The notes beneath the pieces were generated by a model, which ran no database searches, had not been told where the DNA came from, and was given only the letters and a program-made list of their open reading frames with translations. From Candidatus Hodarchaeota archaeon (GTDB taxonomy: Archaea > Asgardarchaeota > Heimdallarchaeia > Hodarchaeales > Hodarchaeaceae): 60,155 bases of DNA. Positions 47,468 to 57,174 of this stretch are shown in pieces; the stretch's first letter is position 1, and each line of letters opens with the position of its first letter. A program made the position numbers and the translations under genes. Location: the NCBI GenBank assembly GCA_016840035.1, contig JAEOTC010000182.1:1-60155 (forward strand), written 5' to 3'.

Positions 47468-49396
47468 TTATTTTTCCAACATTTTTAATATATCTTCTTC
47501 AAGAAGTAGACGGTAAATAAACTCTATATTGTCATATGAGATTTCTGGATAAGTAACATTTAATAAAAGGAAAATATCTTCAAGAGACCTCTTTCCATTT
47601 ACTAGATTTAAGAATTCTAAAACTATTCCACCCCAATATTTTTGGGAAATCGGATCAAATTTCTTTTGATTTTCTGAGGAACGGTTCATTGGCCTTAAAC
47701 GTTTGTATGATATAGGACCAGAGTAATTTCTTTGTAATATAATTTGACTAGTACTACTTTGAGAACTCTCATCGACGTTTAAACCCATATCTTGCTGATT
47801 AAGAAACTTTAAATGATTATCAACCATATTTGTGAAATGCTCGATGTTTTTGTGAAGAAATTCAGTTTCTCCTATCGTTAGTACACTCTGAAGCATTTTT
47901 ATTGCATACTCTGAAAAAAGCTCTCGTTGTCGTTCTTGTTGGATTTGAGATAGGCGCTTTCCCTTTTGTGAATCATGCTTGAGATTCGTTAGTACCTCAA
48001 TAATTCCTGAGAAGATATGGGGTAAAACCGTTTGTAATGTATGTACTGAGGGGTTGGATAGAAAATAAGCAACGACACTAGCTATAACTCCAGCACTTTG
48101 ACATTCCAATGGTTCGACTTTATCCATACTATCAGCACTCGAATGGTGGTATGGATCGTCATGTCCAAACATTACACTTGGAATAGAGAAATACCCGTCA
48201 TTGAAAATGAGATGATCACTGCCCCCAGCGAAAGGTTGAATGTCGTATCTCATTTGGTATGTCCACCCGTCTCGTTCAAATTTCTGCTTATTAACATAAT
48301 CCGAAACAGTTTTTATTATTCCTAGTAAACAAGATGGGGTAGATAGACTTGGTGAACTTATCGATAGGGGTGTACCAACCGTAAGTGGGGACTCCCCTAC
48401 CATATCAAGGTTTAAAACTGAGATGATCTTTCTCTTCCCATCTTTCCTCGCTTGATCATAGTCAGCGAGCCATGGAATAGTTCCAGAAAACTCTGGTACC
48501 CACAAAAAACGTAGAGTGCGTTTTGGTGAAGAAATTTGATTTGTATTAATCATCCTTGTTAAGCTTAATACACTTTCAAGCAGGGTGGCGCTTCCAGAAG
48601 TATTGTCATTCGCACCTGGAGAAGGATGACATAGATGAGCTATTAGGACAATTTCTTCCTTAGGAATTTCAGTTCCCTTTATCACAGCTTCAAGTACATG
48701 TAATTTCCCCTCGTCAACCGAAAAGGCCGCATCAATTTTGAAATGAAGCTTAACATCTTTTCCATTTTTCAAATATTGTTGTAACTCTCGAGCTTGTTTG
48801 TGAGAAATTGAAAAACCAGAAGTAACATCTTCTAAATTTTCCGCTACTGGCCAAAATCCATCATACTGAACGGTTGAGTCACCAATCTGAGCAGCTCGAT
48901 TCAAGTTTGGATGCAGAAGTAGTCCTTTAACATCATGTTTAGCAGCATATGAGAATATTCTACGAGTGCTTTCGGTAATTAAAGCAATTTTACCTGATGC
49001 CTCTTTATAATCTGAGGGATTATCACCTCTTCCTATATCTACTAAGTATGCTTCAAAATCAGCTGCTTTAGAATGAGTGATAACACTCATTGGATGATCC
49101 ATAAATCGGCAAAGTTGTTTTTTGACTGGTTCTGTTATCCAACATTCACCTGATATTATATTCCAAGATATTGGTGAAACCCAACCCCATTTATCCCATT
49201 TTCCATTTGCTGGGTATTCTAAAATTTGTGAAGAAATTCCATTGGTAATCAAAATAGATTGGATAAACTTAGCACTTTCATAAAATCCCATTGAACCTTG
49301 GATTCGGTGATATTGGGAAATTTGGGATATGTTATTCAAGATTGATTGGCTAGAAAACTCATTTGTGAACATTTCGACTAATTGAGAAAATTGCAT
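47468..49396 (-). CDS. M28-family aminopeptidase-like protein (DUF4910 type)
   Basis: YHRIQGS, PA-like insert, AHLCHP.PGANDN.SG, WVPEF, NLDMVG, GSDH, YHHSSAD and a C-terminal wHTH-like segment. Confidence 0.85.
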   Translation of the reverse strand: MQFSQLVEMFTNEFSSQSILNNISQISQYHRIQGSMGFYESAKFIQSILITNGISSQILEYPANGKWDKWGWVSPISWNIISGECWITEPVKKQLCRFMDHPMSVITHSKAADFEAYLVDIGRGDNPSDYKEASGKIALITESTRRIFSYAAKHDVKGLLLHPNLNRAAQIGDSTVQYDGFWPVAENLEDVTSGFSISHKQARELQQYLKNGKDVKLHFKIDAAFSVDEGKLHVLEAVIKGTEIPKEEIVLIAHLCHPSPGANDNTSGSATLLESVLSLTRMINTNQISSPKRTLRFLWVPEFSGTIPWLADYDQARKDGKRKIISVLNLDMVGESPLTVGTPLSISSPSLSTPSCLLGIIKTVSDYVNKQKFERDGWTYQMRYDIQPFAGGSDHLIFNDGYFSIPSVMFGHDDPYHHSSADSMDKVEPLECQSAGVIASVVAYFLSNPSVHTLQTVLPHIFSGIIEVLTNLKHDSQKGKRLSQIQQERQRELFSEYAIKMLQSVLTIGETEFLHKNIEHFTNMVDNHLKFLNQQDMGLNVDESSQSSTSQIILQRNYSGPISYKRLRPMNRSSENQKKFDPISQKYWGGIVLEFLNLVNGKRSLEDIFLLLNVTYPEISYDNIEFIYRLLLEEDILKMLEK

Positions 49397-49516
49397 AATT
49401 CATGTCTCATTTTCTTTGATTTTCTTCCTCACGGGAGAGATTGGAATGAGAGTTTAAACCTATACCAGAATTTTAAAAAATTAATTCGATTTAGAGAAAT
49501 GAAAAAGGTGGATATA

Positions 49517-50740
49517 ATGAGTGAAAGTTTTCTTCCCCGTGCAATTAAAGCAAAGATTCTTCGCGAAAAACATGAACAATTACCAAGAATTATGACAGAT
49601 AATGACATTGATTGCTGGCTAATATTTGTACGGGAAACTTCTACTACTCCTGACTCAAGTATGAACTTTGTTGTAGGTTCAGAGGTTGTAGCACAGTCCG
49701 CGTTCATTTTTTACTTGAGAGCAGGCCAGTTGTTCAAAACTGCAATTGTAGGAAATTTTGATGCTGACACTGAGAGGGGTAAGGGTTTGTGGGATGAAGT
49801 TATTCCTTATGAACTTGGGATTGATCCTTTATTAAGAAATAAGTTGCATGATATTAATCCTAAACAGATTGCATTGAATTATTCGACTGATGACTACTCT
49901 TGCGATGGATTAACCCATGGAATGTACCTTGTCCTCACAAAAATTGCTCCAGAATTTGTTTCCCGATTTGTAAGTGCACAACCTATTATTAATGCAATTC
50001 GAAGTAATAAATCTGAAACAGAACTTGGGATTATTAAGGAGGCTTGTCGGATTACAGAAGAAATTAATGATCAAATTACATCTACTCTTGCTATTGGCCA
50101 ACGTGAAACAGATATTCAAGCTCGCTTTCATCAAGAAGTGAGTAAACGGGGACTAGGATTTTCTTGGCAAAGGGAACAGAATCCCGCGATTGATGCTGGA
50201 GTAGGAAAGGATTTCGGCCATGTCTTACCTCAAGATCATTATCTTACTACACAAGGGCATACACTTCACAACGATTTTGGGATCAAAATTCATGGTTACT
50301 GTTCTGATTTACAACGTATGTGGTTTTTTGGAAAAGAAAGTGAATTACCACATGAATTACGACATGCAATGGATGTCGTCCTAGAAGCAATCCAACGTGC
50401 TGCGAAGGCAATAAAACCAGGATTACAGGGGTATGAAGTAGATAAAGTAGCACGAGAATATATTATCGAACAGGGATATGAGGAATATAAGCATGGATTA
50501 GGACATCAAGTTGGAATTATGGCACACGATGGTGGTGGTATGCTGGGGCCTTTATGGCCACGTTATGGTAATAGTCCACGACAAATAATAGAGGAGGGGC
50601 AGGTATTCACAATAGAACCTAATGTAAAAACGAAGAATCATGGGATGGTTTCTATGGAAGAAATGGTTGTCGTTACAGCGACTGGTTGTGAATTTCTAGT
50701 AGAACCACGGAAAGATTTCATTTATATTTATTCAGATTAA
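49517..50740 (+). CDS. Xaa-Pro aminopeptidase (M24B family)
   Basis: GH, NDFG...GYCSD.QR, HGLGHQVG..AHD, FTIEP and SMEE. Probable start is ATG at 49517, after an AAGGTGG SD. Confidence 0.9.
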   Translation: MSESFLPRAIKAKILREKHEQLPRIMTDNDIDCWLIFVRETSTTPDSSMNFVVGSEVVAQSAFIFYLRAGQLFKTAIVGNFDADTERGKGLWDEVIPYELGIDPLLRNKLHDINPKQIALNYSTDDYSCDGLTHGMYLVLTKIAPEFVSRFVSAQPIINAIRSNKSETELGIIKEACRITEEINDQITSTLAIGQRETDIQARFHQEVSKRGLGFSWQREQNPAIDAGVGKDFGHVLPQDHYLTTQGHTLHNDFGIKIHGYCSDLQRMWFFGKESELPHELRHAMDVVLEAIQRAAKAIKPGLQGYEVDKVAREYIIEQGYEEYKHGLGHQVGIMAHDGGGMLGPLWPRYGNSPRQIIEEGQVFTIEPNVKTKNHGMVSMEEMVVVTATGCEFLVEPRKDFIYIYSD

Positions 50741-50755
50741 GTAGAAGGATTTCTC

Positions 50756-51613
50756 TTGGAATTTGAGACTCAATCATTGACGAAGTCAATTCGAAATACA
50801 CTGGAGGGTACGTTCGTTAAAACTACTGATGGTTATATCCATTATCAACTAAAGGGAGAAGGCGAATGTATAGTCCTCGTTCATGGAATGACTACTCCGT
50901 TCTTTGTTTGGAATCCAACCTTCGATTTTTTAGTTGAACATGGGTTTAAAGTTCTAAGATATGACCTTTTTGGCCGAGGATATTCAGATCGGGTAAACCA
51001 GAGATATGATGTAGATTTGTTTGATCGACAGTTGAATGAATTATTGAATTCATTAGAATTATCGAGTCAAAAAGTTTCATTAATTGGATTGTCCTTAGGA
51101 GGAGGGATATGCGCAAATTTTGTCAATCGGCACAAGGAATTAATAAAGAAAGTATGTCTAATTGATCCCGTCCATCCTGCTGGATTGCCTCAAACAATGA
51201 AATTGTTGCGAATTCCCATTTTAAACAGACTGATCAAGAGATTTGTAGGGAAAAAGATTCTCTTCGGAAGTCTGGAAAATAATTTCGCTAATTATAGAAA
51301 TTTCCCACACTTTAAGGAAGAATTCACTAAACAATTGAAATTCAAAGGGTATTCAAATGCGATTATATCTACTATGGTTCATTATGATTATAGAAGTTTG
51401 AATCAAGTCTATAATAACATCGGAAAATTAAATATCCCGATCTGTTTGTTTTGGGGAGAAGATGATATAGTGGTTCCTTATAAGATAAATGAAAAATTTC
51501 GTACTGCAATCCCTGACATTATTTTTCATCCGATCAAAGAAGCAGGGCATTTATCCCATCATGAGAAACCAGAAATTGTGAATCCCCTTCTTTTATCGTT
51601 CCTAAAGCAATAA
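50756..51613 (+). CDS. Alpha/beta hydrolase
   Basis: LVHG, YDLFGRGYSD, GLSLGG, WGEDD and AGH. Confidence 0.9.
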   Translation: MEFETQSLTKSIRNTLEGTFVKTTDGYIHYQLKGEGECIVLVHGMTTPFFVWNPTFDFLVEHGFKVLRYDLFGRGYSDRVNQRYDVDLFDRQLNELLNSLELSSQKVSLIGLSLGGGICANFVNRHKELIKKVCLIDPVHPAGLPQTMKLLRIPILNRLIKRFVGKKILFGSLENNFANYRNFPHFKEEFTKQLKFKGYSNAIISTMVHYDYRSLNQVYNNIGKLNIPICLFWGEDDIVVPYKINEKFRTAIPDIIFHPIKEAGHLSHHEKPEIVNPLLLSFLKQ

Positions 51614-51630
51614 AACTAAGTCTTCGATTG

Positions 51631-53511
51631 TTAGCTTAAGTCAACAGCTCTCTCAATATACTCTAAACTTTGATGTCTAAAATAAGTATTATACAACTGG
51701 GCGTAGACTCCATCTGGATTAGCCATTAGCTCATCGTGGTTTCCTTCTTCTACAATTTTCCCATGATCGAGAACCACGATTCGATCAACGTGACGTACAG
51801 TCCATAATCTATGGGCAATTATTATCGAAGTTCTCCCTTTTATGGTTTTCTCTAATGCATCTTGGATTCTAGTCTCAGTGAATGGATCTACTGATGCTGT
51901 AGCTTCATCTAGAACCAGAATAGAGGGGTTTTCAAGTAAAACCCTCGCAAGTGCCACTAATTGGCGTTGTCCCATTGAGAGAAGAGACCCACGTTCTCGA
52001 ATATTAGTGTTCAATCCCTCTGGTAGATCATCTACCCAATCTGACCCTCCAGCTTGTTCCAATGCCCACCGAACGTCATCTGTCGTTGCTCCTGCTTTAG
52101 CATATTTCACATTGTTTTCAAGCGTGTCACCCCAAAGAAATGGTACTTGGTGAATGATACCGACATGCTGTCTATATTCTTTCAGGTTATAATTTCTAAT
52201 ACTTATCCCATCAACAAGAATGTCACCCGATTGGTATTCATAGAATCGAGCAAGGAGCTTTGCAAGACTAGATTTCCCAGCTCCAGTGTGTCCAACAATA
52301 GCGAGGGATTCTCCTGATTTAATGTTTAAAGAAAAGCCATCAAATACTTTTACTCCTGAAATAGTATCTTTTTCTTTCTTAGAGGGTTTTTCTTTGTCAA
52401 GAACATCTTTTCCTTCAACATATGAGAAATCTAAATCCTTGAAGATTATTTCACCTTGAATGTCTCTAGCATTAATTTCATCATTTTGTTTAACCGCAGG
52501 GGGAGTATCAATGAGAGCAAAAATTCTTTCAGCAGCAGATAGACCAGATTGAAAACTTGGCCAGAAAGAGGCAATAGTAAAGAGGGGGAAGAAAAACAAT
52601 TGGAGAGCTTGAAGAAAAAGATAAAAATCTGCGGCAGTAAGATTATTATCGAGAGTAGCAGTACCTCCAAAAACAATTAATAATGCTAAGGCAATACCTT
52701 GGACAGTTGACAATGCAGGAAAAATAATATTCAGTAAATACGCTCTTCTAAGATTAGCTTCATAGGATTGTTTATTCACTACTTTAAATTTCCCAAATAG
52801 TTTTGTTTCTTGTCGAAAAGTCTTAGCAATTTGAATACCTGTAAAAGATTCTTGTACGAATGCATTTACAACCGCCAAAGCACGTTGACCAGTAAGAGTT
52901 AATCGTCTTGCAGCTTTTCGGAATGAGAGTGCGATAATGAAGATAAAAGGGACAAGGAGGAGGACGATAAGTGTGAGCTCAACATTTATGAGAAGCATCA
53001 CACCAAACATGATGCCTACAAGTAGAATCGATGAAGCAGTTTGACTTAATTGATTTGCTGTTTGTCCAAAATCTCTGGAATCGGTATTAATTCTAGAAAC
53101 GATTTTTCCAGTAGGATATTTATCATAAAACGACATATCATGATTGAGGACAGAAACATTCACATCTTTCCTCAAATCCAGAACTGTATCACCAATAACT
53201 ATTGCACTCAGAGTTTGTCGATAATAGTTGAATACCCATCCCAAGGTGTTTAAAATCAATGTTATCAGTATTAGAAATATAATGTATAGTCGTTGTTGTT
53301 CAATATCCTCTGCAAGTTCTAACTGGAGAATTGCCTCTCTTGAAAGTACAGGAATTAACGCGCTAACTAAGCTTTGTGCAAATAGAAAAGCTGTAACGAT
53401 AAGCAGTAATTTCTTATACGGATTAAAATAAGCTAAGACCCTACGTACTAAATCACGATCTCTATATGATCGATCATATTCCTCCGCTCCTAACCCAATT
53501 CCGAAACCCAT
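51631..53511 (-). CDS. Heterodimeric ABC exporter subunit (TMD+NBD; consensus Walker B, degenerate signature)
   Basis: GHTGAGKS, LSMGQRQ, VLDEATASVD and IAHRL. Confidence 0.93.
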   Translation of the reverse strand: MGFGIGLGAEEYDRSYRDRDLVRRVLAYFNPYKKLLLIVTAFLFAQSLVSALIPVLSREAILQLELAEDIEQQRLYIIFLILITLILNTLGWVFNYYRQTLSAIVIGDTVLDLRKDVNVSVLNHDMSFYDKYPTGKIVSRINTDSRDFGQTANQLSQTASSILLVGIMFGVMLLINVELTLIVLLLVPFIFIIALSFRKAARRLTLTGQRALAVVNAFVQESFTGIQIAKTFRQETKLFGKFKVVNKQSYEANLRRAYLLNIIFPALSTVQGIALALLIVFGGTATLDNNLTAADFYLFLQALQLFFFPLFTIASFWPSFQSGLSAAERIFALIDTPPAVKQNDEINARDIQGEIIFKDLDFSYVEGKDVLDKEKPSKKEKDTISGVKVFDGFSLNIKSGESLAIVGHTGAGKSSLAKLLARFYEYQSGDILVDGISIRNYNLKEYRQHVGIIHQVPFLWGDTLENNVKYAKAGATTDDVRWALEQAGGSDWVDDLPEGLNTNIRERGSLLSMGQRQLVALARVLLENPSILVLDEATASVDPFTETRIQDALEKTIKGRTSIIIAHRLWTVRHVDRIVVLDHGKIVEEGNHDELMANPDGVYAQLYNTYFRHQSLEYIERAVDLS

Positions 53512-55344
53512 CTATTTCTCCTCCTCCAATAACTTCTCTTCATCTAGATTGAACCTTTTTACAAATATCTTTCGATATTCTTCAGATGTTCTTAAGAGGT
53601 TATCATGCGAACCTTTAGCTATTATTTGTCCCTTTCTCATAACCAGGATTAAATCTGCCCACCTAATTTGACTTAATCGATGAGTAATTAGAAATGTCGT
53701 GCGTCCATATAGAATCCGTCTCATGGCTTTTTGGATTCTATCTTCTGTATCGCTATCAATTGCACTAGTTGAATCATCTAATATAAGAATTCGTGGATCA
53801 GTGAGGAATGCTCGGGCTATAGCTATTCGCTGACGTTGTCCCCCACTTAATTGTACTCCTCGTTCACCGACCTCACTTTCGTATTTTTGTGGTAATTGCT
53901 CAATAAATTCGTCTGCTTGAGCCTCACGAGCTACACGCTGGATTTCTTCCGTTGAACTAGTCCGACCAAAGGAAATATTTTCCGAAATTTTGTCTGAAAA
54001 CAGGAAAGTATCCTGTTCAATATAGGAAATTTGACTTCTCAGAGATTGTAGACTCCAATTCTTAACATCTATATTATCAATCAGAATACGTCCTTCATTC
54101 GGATCATATAATCTCGAAAGAAACTTAGTTATGGTTGTTTTACCTGATCCAGTTGTACCTACAATTGCTACAGTCTGTCCAGGTGCAACAACTAAACTTA
54201 TATTCTCCAAAACCTTTTTATTAGACCCTGGATACGCAAAAGATACATTTTCAAATACAACTTTCCCCTCAATCGTTTTCTCAACCCCTGTTAAATTTTC
54301 ATCTATTTCTGATTCTTTAGTCATGATATCAAGTAAACGATCAGCTCCGGATATGGCCAAGCGTATCAATGCAAAAACCCAAATAGAAATGAAGGTTGGA
54401 AATCGGAGATTTGAGATCAAACCCACATAAGAAATGATAGCTCCTAAGGTCATCCTTCCTTCAATATACAAAAGAATTCCATGACCTAGAGCTACCGTGA
54501 TAGCCAATCCAATCAATAAAAGTGGAATATATTTTGCCATTATTCTTCCTTGTTCAACAAACGCATCTCGATATCCTTTAGCATTTGTGAAGTATCGATT
54601 CAACTCATAATATTCAGTAGTACTTCCTTTAACTACTTCAATTCCTGATAGAGTTTCATTCAAAACCGCATTCATTGCTCCAAATTCAGTACGGAGTTGA
54701 TTCGCAACAGGATCCAGTTTCCTCGTATATCCCCGTAAGGTTACAACAAATAGGATCGTAAAAATGATTGGAGTGGTTAAAAGCTCTATAGGATAAAAGA
54801 GCGCTACAAACATTATCGGGATTATCAATCGCATAACGGCCTCGAATAATAATGATAATCCAGGAGAGACCATAAAATTTAACATTCTAACGTCATTTGT
54901 AGCACGAGCCATAATATCTCCTATTCGCTGGGATTCATGGAAAGATTGACTTTTTCCGAGCAAACTAACGTAAAATTCATGGCGGGTATCTTTTTCGATT
55001 CTTTGGGCAAGGTTTTCTCTCGTCAAACTTGTCAGGAGGCTTAAGAGAGGTGAACTCACTGCAAAAACAAAAAACAACAGTGCGTAGAGTATCAGATTAG
55101 TCCTAATCCCATCAGAAAATTCATCTATTGCTACACCAATTAAAACCATTAAGCCAGATCCAAGTAATGACGAAAGAATCGTTCCAAGAAAGACGAAAAT
55201 TACTATTAACTTATTAGGACCAGCAAGAAGATGGGCAATGATCCACCTTCGAGAACTCGTACGAACACGAGAAAATTTATCCTCTTCTGGAGAGAATTCT
55301 GCTTTTGTTCTATCGGTGGTTGATTTTGAGACTGTCTCTTGCAT
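53512..55344 (-). CDS. Heterodimeric ABC exporter subunit (TMD+NBD; degenerate Walker B)
   Basis: GTTGSGKT, LSGGQRQR, ILDDSTSAID (Asp in place of the catalytic Glu) and ITHRL. Directly abuts the partner gene. Confidence 0.93.
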   Translation of the reverse strand: MQETVSKSTTDRTKAEFSPEEDKFSRVRTSSRRWIIAHLLAGPNKLIVIFVFLGTILSSLLGSGLMVLIGVAIDEFSDGIRTNLILYALLFFVFAVSSPLLSLLTSLTRENLAQRIEKDTRHEFYVSLLGKSQSFHESQRIGDIMARATNDVRMLNFMVSPGLSLLFEAVMRLIIPIMFVALFYPIELLTTPIIFTILFVVTLRGYTRKLDPVANQLRTEFGAMNAVLNETLSGIEVVKGSTTEYYELNRYFTNAKGYRDAFVEQGRIMAKYIPLLLIGLAITVALGHGILLYIEGRMTLGAIISYVGLISNLRFPTFISIWVFALIRLAISGADRLLDIMTKESEIDENLTGVEKTIEGKVVFENVSFAYPGSNKKVLENISLVVAPGQTVAIVGTTGSGKTTITKFLSRLYDPNEGRILIDNIDVKNWSLQSLRSQISYIEQDTFLFSDKISENISFGRTSSTEEIQRVAREAQADEFIEQLPQKYESEVGERGVQLSGGQRQRIAIARAFLTDPRILILDDSTSAIDSDTEDRIQKAMRRILYGRTTFLITHRLSQIRWADLILVMRKGQIIAKGSHDNLLRTSEEYRKIFVKRFNLDEEKLLEEEK

Positions 55345-55488
55345 TTGATATGGTATCCCTGAAAATTGAGTGAGGAAATGCAGTATTATACTTTCTTGAG
55401 AGCTAAAAATGCTTTTTGTATCTCAAAGCAAGTAATCTGATGGTTTGAGAATTCCTAGATATTTCTTTTTCCCGTCCTATCTTAGATC

Positions 55489-55518
55489 AAAAAAAGTAGA
55501 GGAGGAAAATTCCCCCTC
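55489..55518 (-). terminator. Hairpin plus T-tract terminator candidate
   Basis: Minus strand GAGGGGGA-ATTT-TCCTCCTC, then TACTTTTTTT, about 16 nt after the MBL gene stop. Confidence 0.65.
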
Positions 55519-55534
55519 ACATAAAATGACCTGT

Positions 55535-56311
55535 CTATTGTGGGGATAAAATCAAGTAAGGAGTATCAATTTCCTTAATAAATTCCTTGGCATCTTCAAT
55601 ATCATTGTAATGCATAGGGATAACGTAATCGAGTTCAGAAGATGTCTTCAAATAATCCACAATACCAACACCGTAATCCATGTTATAAATTGGAACTAAT
55701 GCAATATCTGTGACAATGGATTGCAATTCAGGTATATTTTCAGTATCTCCAGGATGGAAAATACGAAGATCTCCGAAATTAATATTTACACCAACTAGAT
55801 TGAAATCCTTCATATGTGTAGTACTCGTTATTGTATAACTGGGGACAAAATCTAACTCAATTCCTTTGATGATGAAATTTTCGTACGGAAGAACATCATG
55901 CTTCGTAAAAGAGCTGTTAAATTCCTCAAAATATACATTACAGAATTCAGGGTAAAAAAATTCTGTTATTGAAGGGAATGCGATTTTTGTCATATCCTCT
56001 ATGGAGAGATGGTCAGAATGATGATGAGTAACAATGATGATATCAGCAGGTTCAATCTGATTGAGACTTATATTAACAGGATCAATAAAGATTGTAAGAT
56101 CTTCTGTCTTAAATTTAAAACCCACACCTCCACACCACGTGATGTTAACTCCATTTTGGAACAAAAAATCATGTTTTGTTAACTTTTCATTGTTATCTTG
56201 GTTGTTTAAAATGATTAAGACGGTGAAAGAGGTTATGACGATTCCAAACACTAATATTAGGGGAATTACTTGTGAACGAACCATTTTCCATCTCTTGGAA
56301 AGATACATCAT
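55535..56311 (-). CDS. Membrane-anchored MBL-fold metallo-hydrolase
   Basis: N-terminal TM, IFIDP, THHHSDH, THMK, HPGDT and IPMHY. Confidence 0.88.
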   Translation of the reverse strand: MMYLSKRWKMVRSQVIPLILVFGIVITSFTVLIILNNQDNNEKLTKHDFLFQNGVNITWCGGVGFKFKTEDLTIFIDPVNISLNQIEPADIIIVTHHHSDHLSIEDMTKIAFPSITEFFYPEFCNVYFEEFNSSFTKHDVLPYENFIIKGIELDFVPSYTITSTTHMKDFNLVGVNINFGDLRIFHPGDTENIPELQSIVTDIALVPIYNMDYGVGIVDYLKTSSELDYVIPMHYNDIEDAKEFIKEIDTPYLILSPQ

Positions 56312-56466
56312 GTGTATTAATAAGCTTCAATTGGTGCAAAATGAGGGCTTGTACCTCCAAAAAAATCCTTAAATATCCATTACAGCAGTTGGAGTAATTA
56401 AGGCTCTAATCAAACATTATCTTTTCTTTATTTAGAGTAAACTCGCTATCATGTGGAAGTATAATC

Positions 56467-57108
56467 TTGCAGGAAACGAATGGGACTAGAGTCGTAGTTA
56501 TCGCTTTTGCTATTCTTTGTGGACTAACAGGTATTATTGCGGGAATATTTGAGATTCTTCAGGGTGACAAAAATATAAGTGGACTGGTGATCAGTACAAT
56601 TGGACCGAAATATCAAATGGCAGATGATTTTACTTACTTTGCTATTTCAATTGTTCCCAAATATTATCTTACAGGAATTCTAGCGATCATTGTTAGTAGT
56701 GGTTTTATTATATGGACTGTAAAATCTGTAGATAAGAAGCATGGAGTAAAAATCCTATTCGGCTTAGCTGTGGTACAAATGCTTGTTGGTGGAGGTTGGG
56801 TTATAGATCTTGCCTTAATTACCTGTTTACTTGCTACTCTAATTAATAAGCCTTCTAATCGCTGGGTACAACCTCTTCCATCAAAATTTCAAGCTTGGTT
56901 GGTTAAGTTCTTCCCTTATTCCCTTGTTTTTTATTCCAGCATTTCTGTTCTCATGCTTGCTTTAACAATCTTGGGAGTGAATGATATCGCAATGATACAA
57001 ACATTAGAGTTACTTGCAATATTGATGTTTGTCCCAATTCTTTTGATGATTTTTGGAGGGTTAGTCAAGAATTCTCAGAGACGAGAGTCCTTAATAGATC
57101 TAGTTTAG
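56467..57108 (+). CDS. Hypothetical membrane protein
   Basis: About 6 hydrophobic segments with GIFEILQG and LVGGG motifs. Family not assigned. Confidence 0.7.
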   Translation: MQETNGTRVVVIAFAILCGLTGIIAGIFEILQGDKNISGLVISTIGPKYQMADDFTYFAISIVPKYYLTGILAIIVSSGFIIWTVKSVDKKHGVKILFGLAVVQMLVGGGWVIDLALITCLLATLINKPSNRWVQPLPSKFQAWLVKFFPYSLVFYSSISVLMLALTILGVNDIAMIQTLELLAILMFVPILLMIFGGLVKNSQRRESLIDLV

Positions 57109-57174
57109 ATTAGAATGTGAGTAATCGACCTTAATTAAGACAGATGATATGTCGAATCCAGCCTACTTTCTTCA

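Noticed and set aside
49382-49516. Head-to-head overlap of the M24 ORF with the M28 gene
   Set aside because: An artefact of longest-ORF calling; the SD-supported ATG at 49517 removes the overlap.
51631-55344. Degenerate motifs (LDD Walker B, LSMGQ signature) as a sign of pseudogenisation or novelty
   Set aside because: This asymmetry is the well-known pattern of heterodimeric ABC exporters with one degenerate and one consensus site (TM287/288 type).
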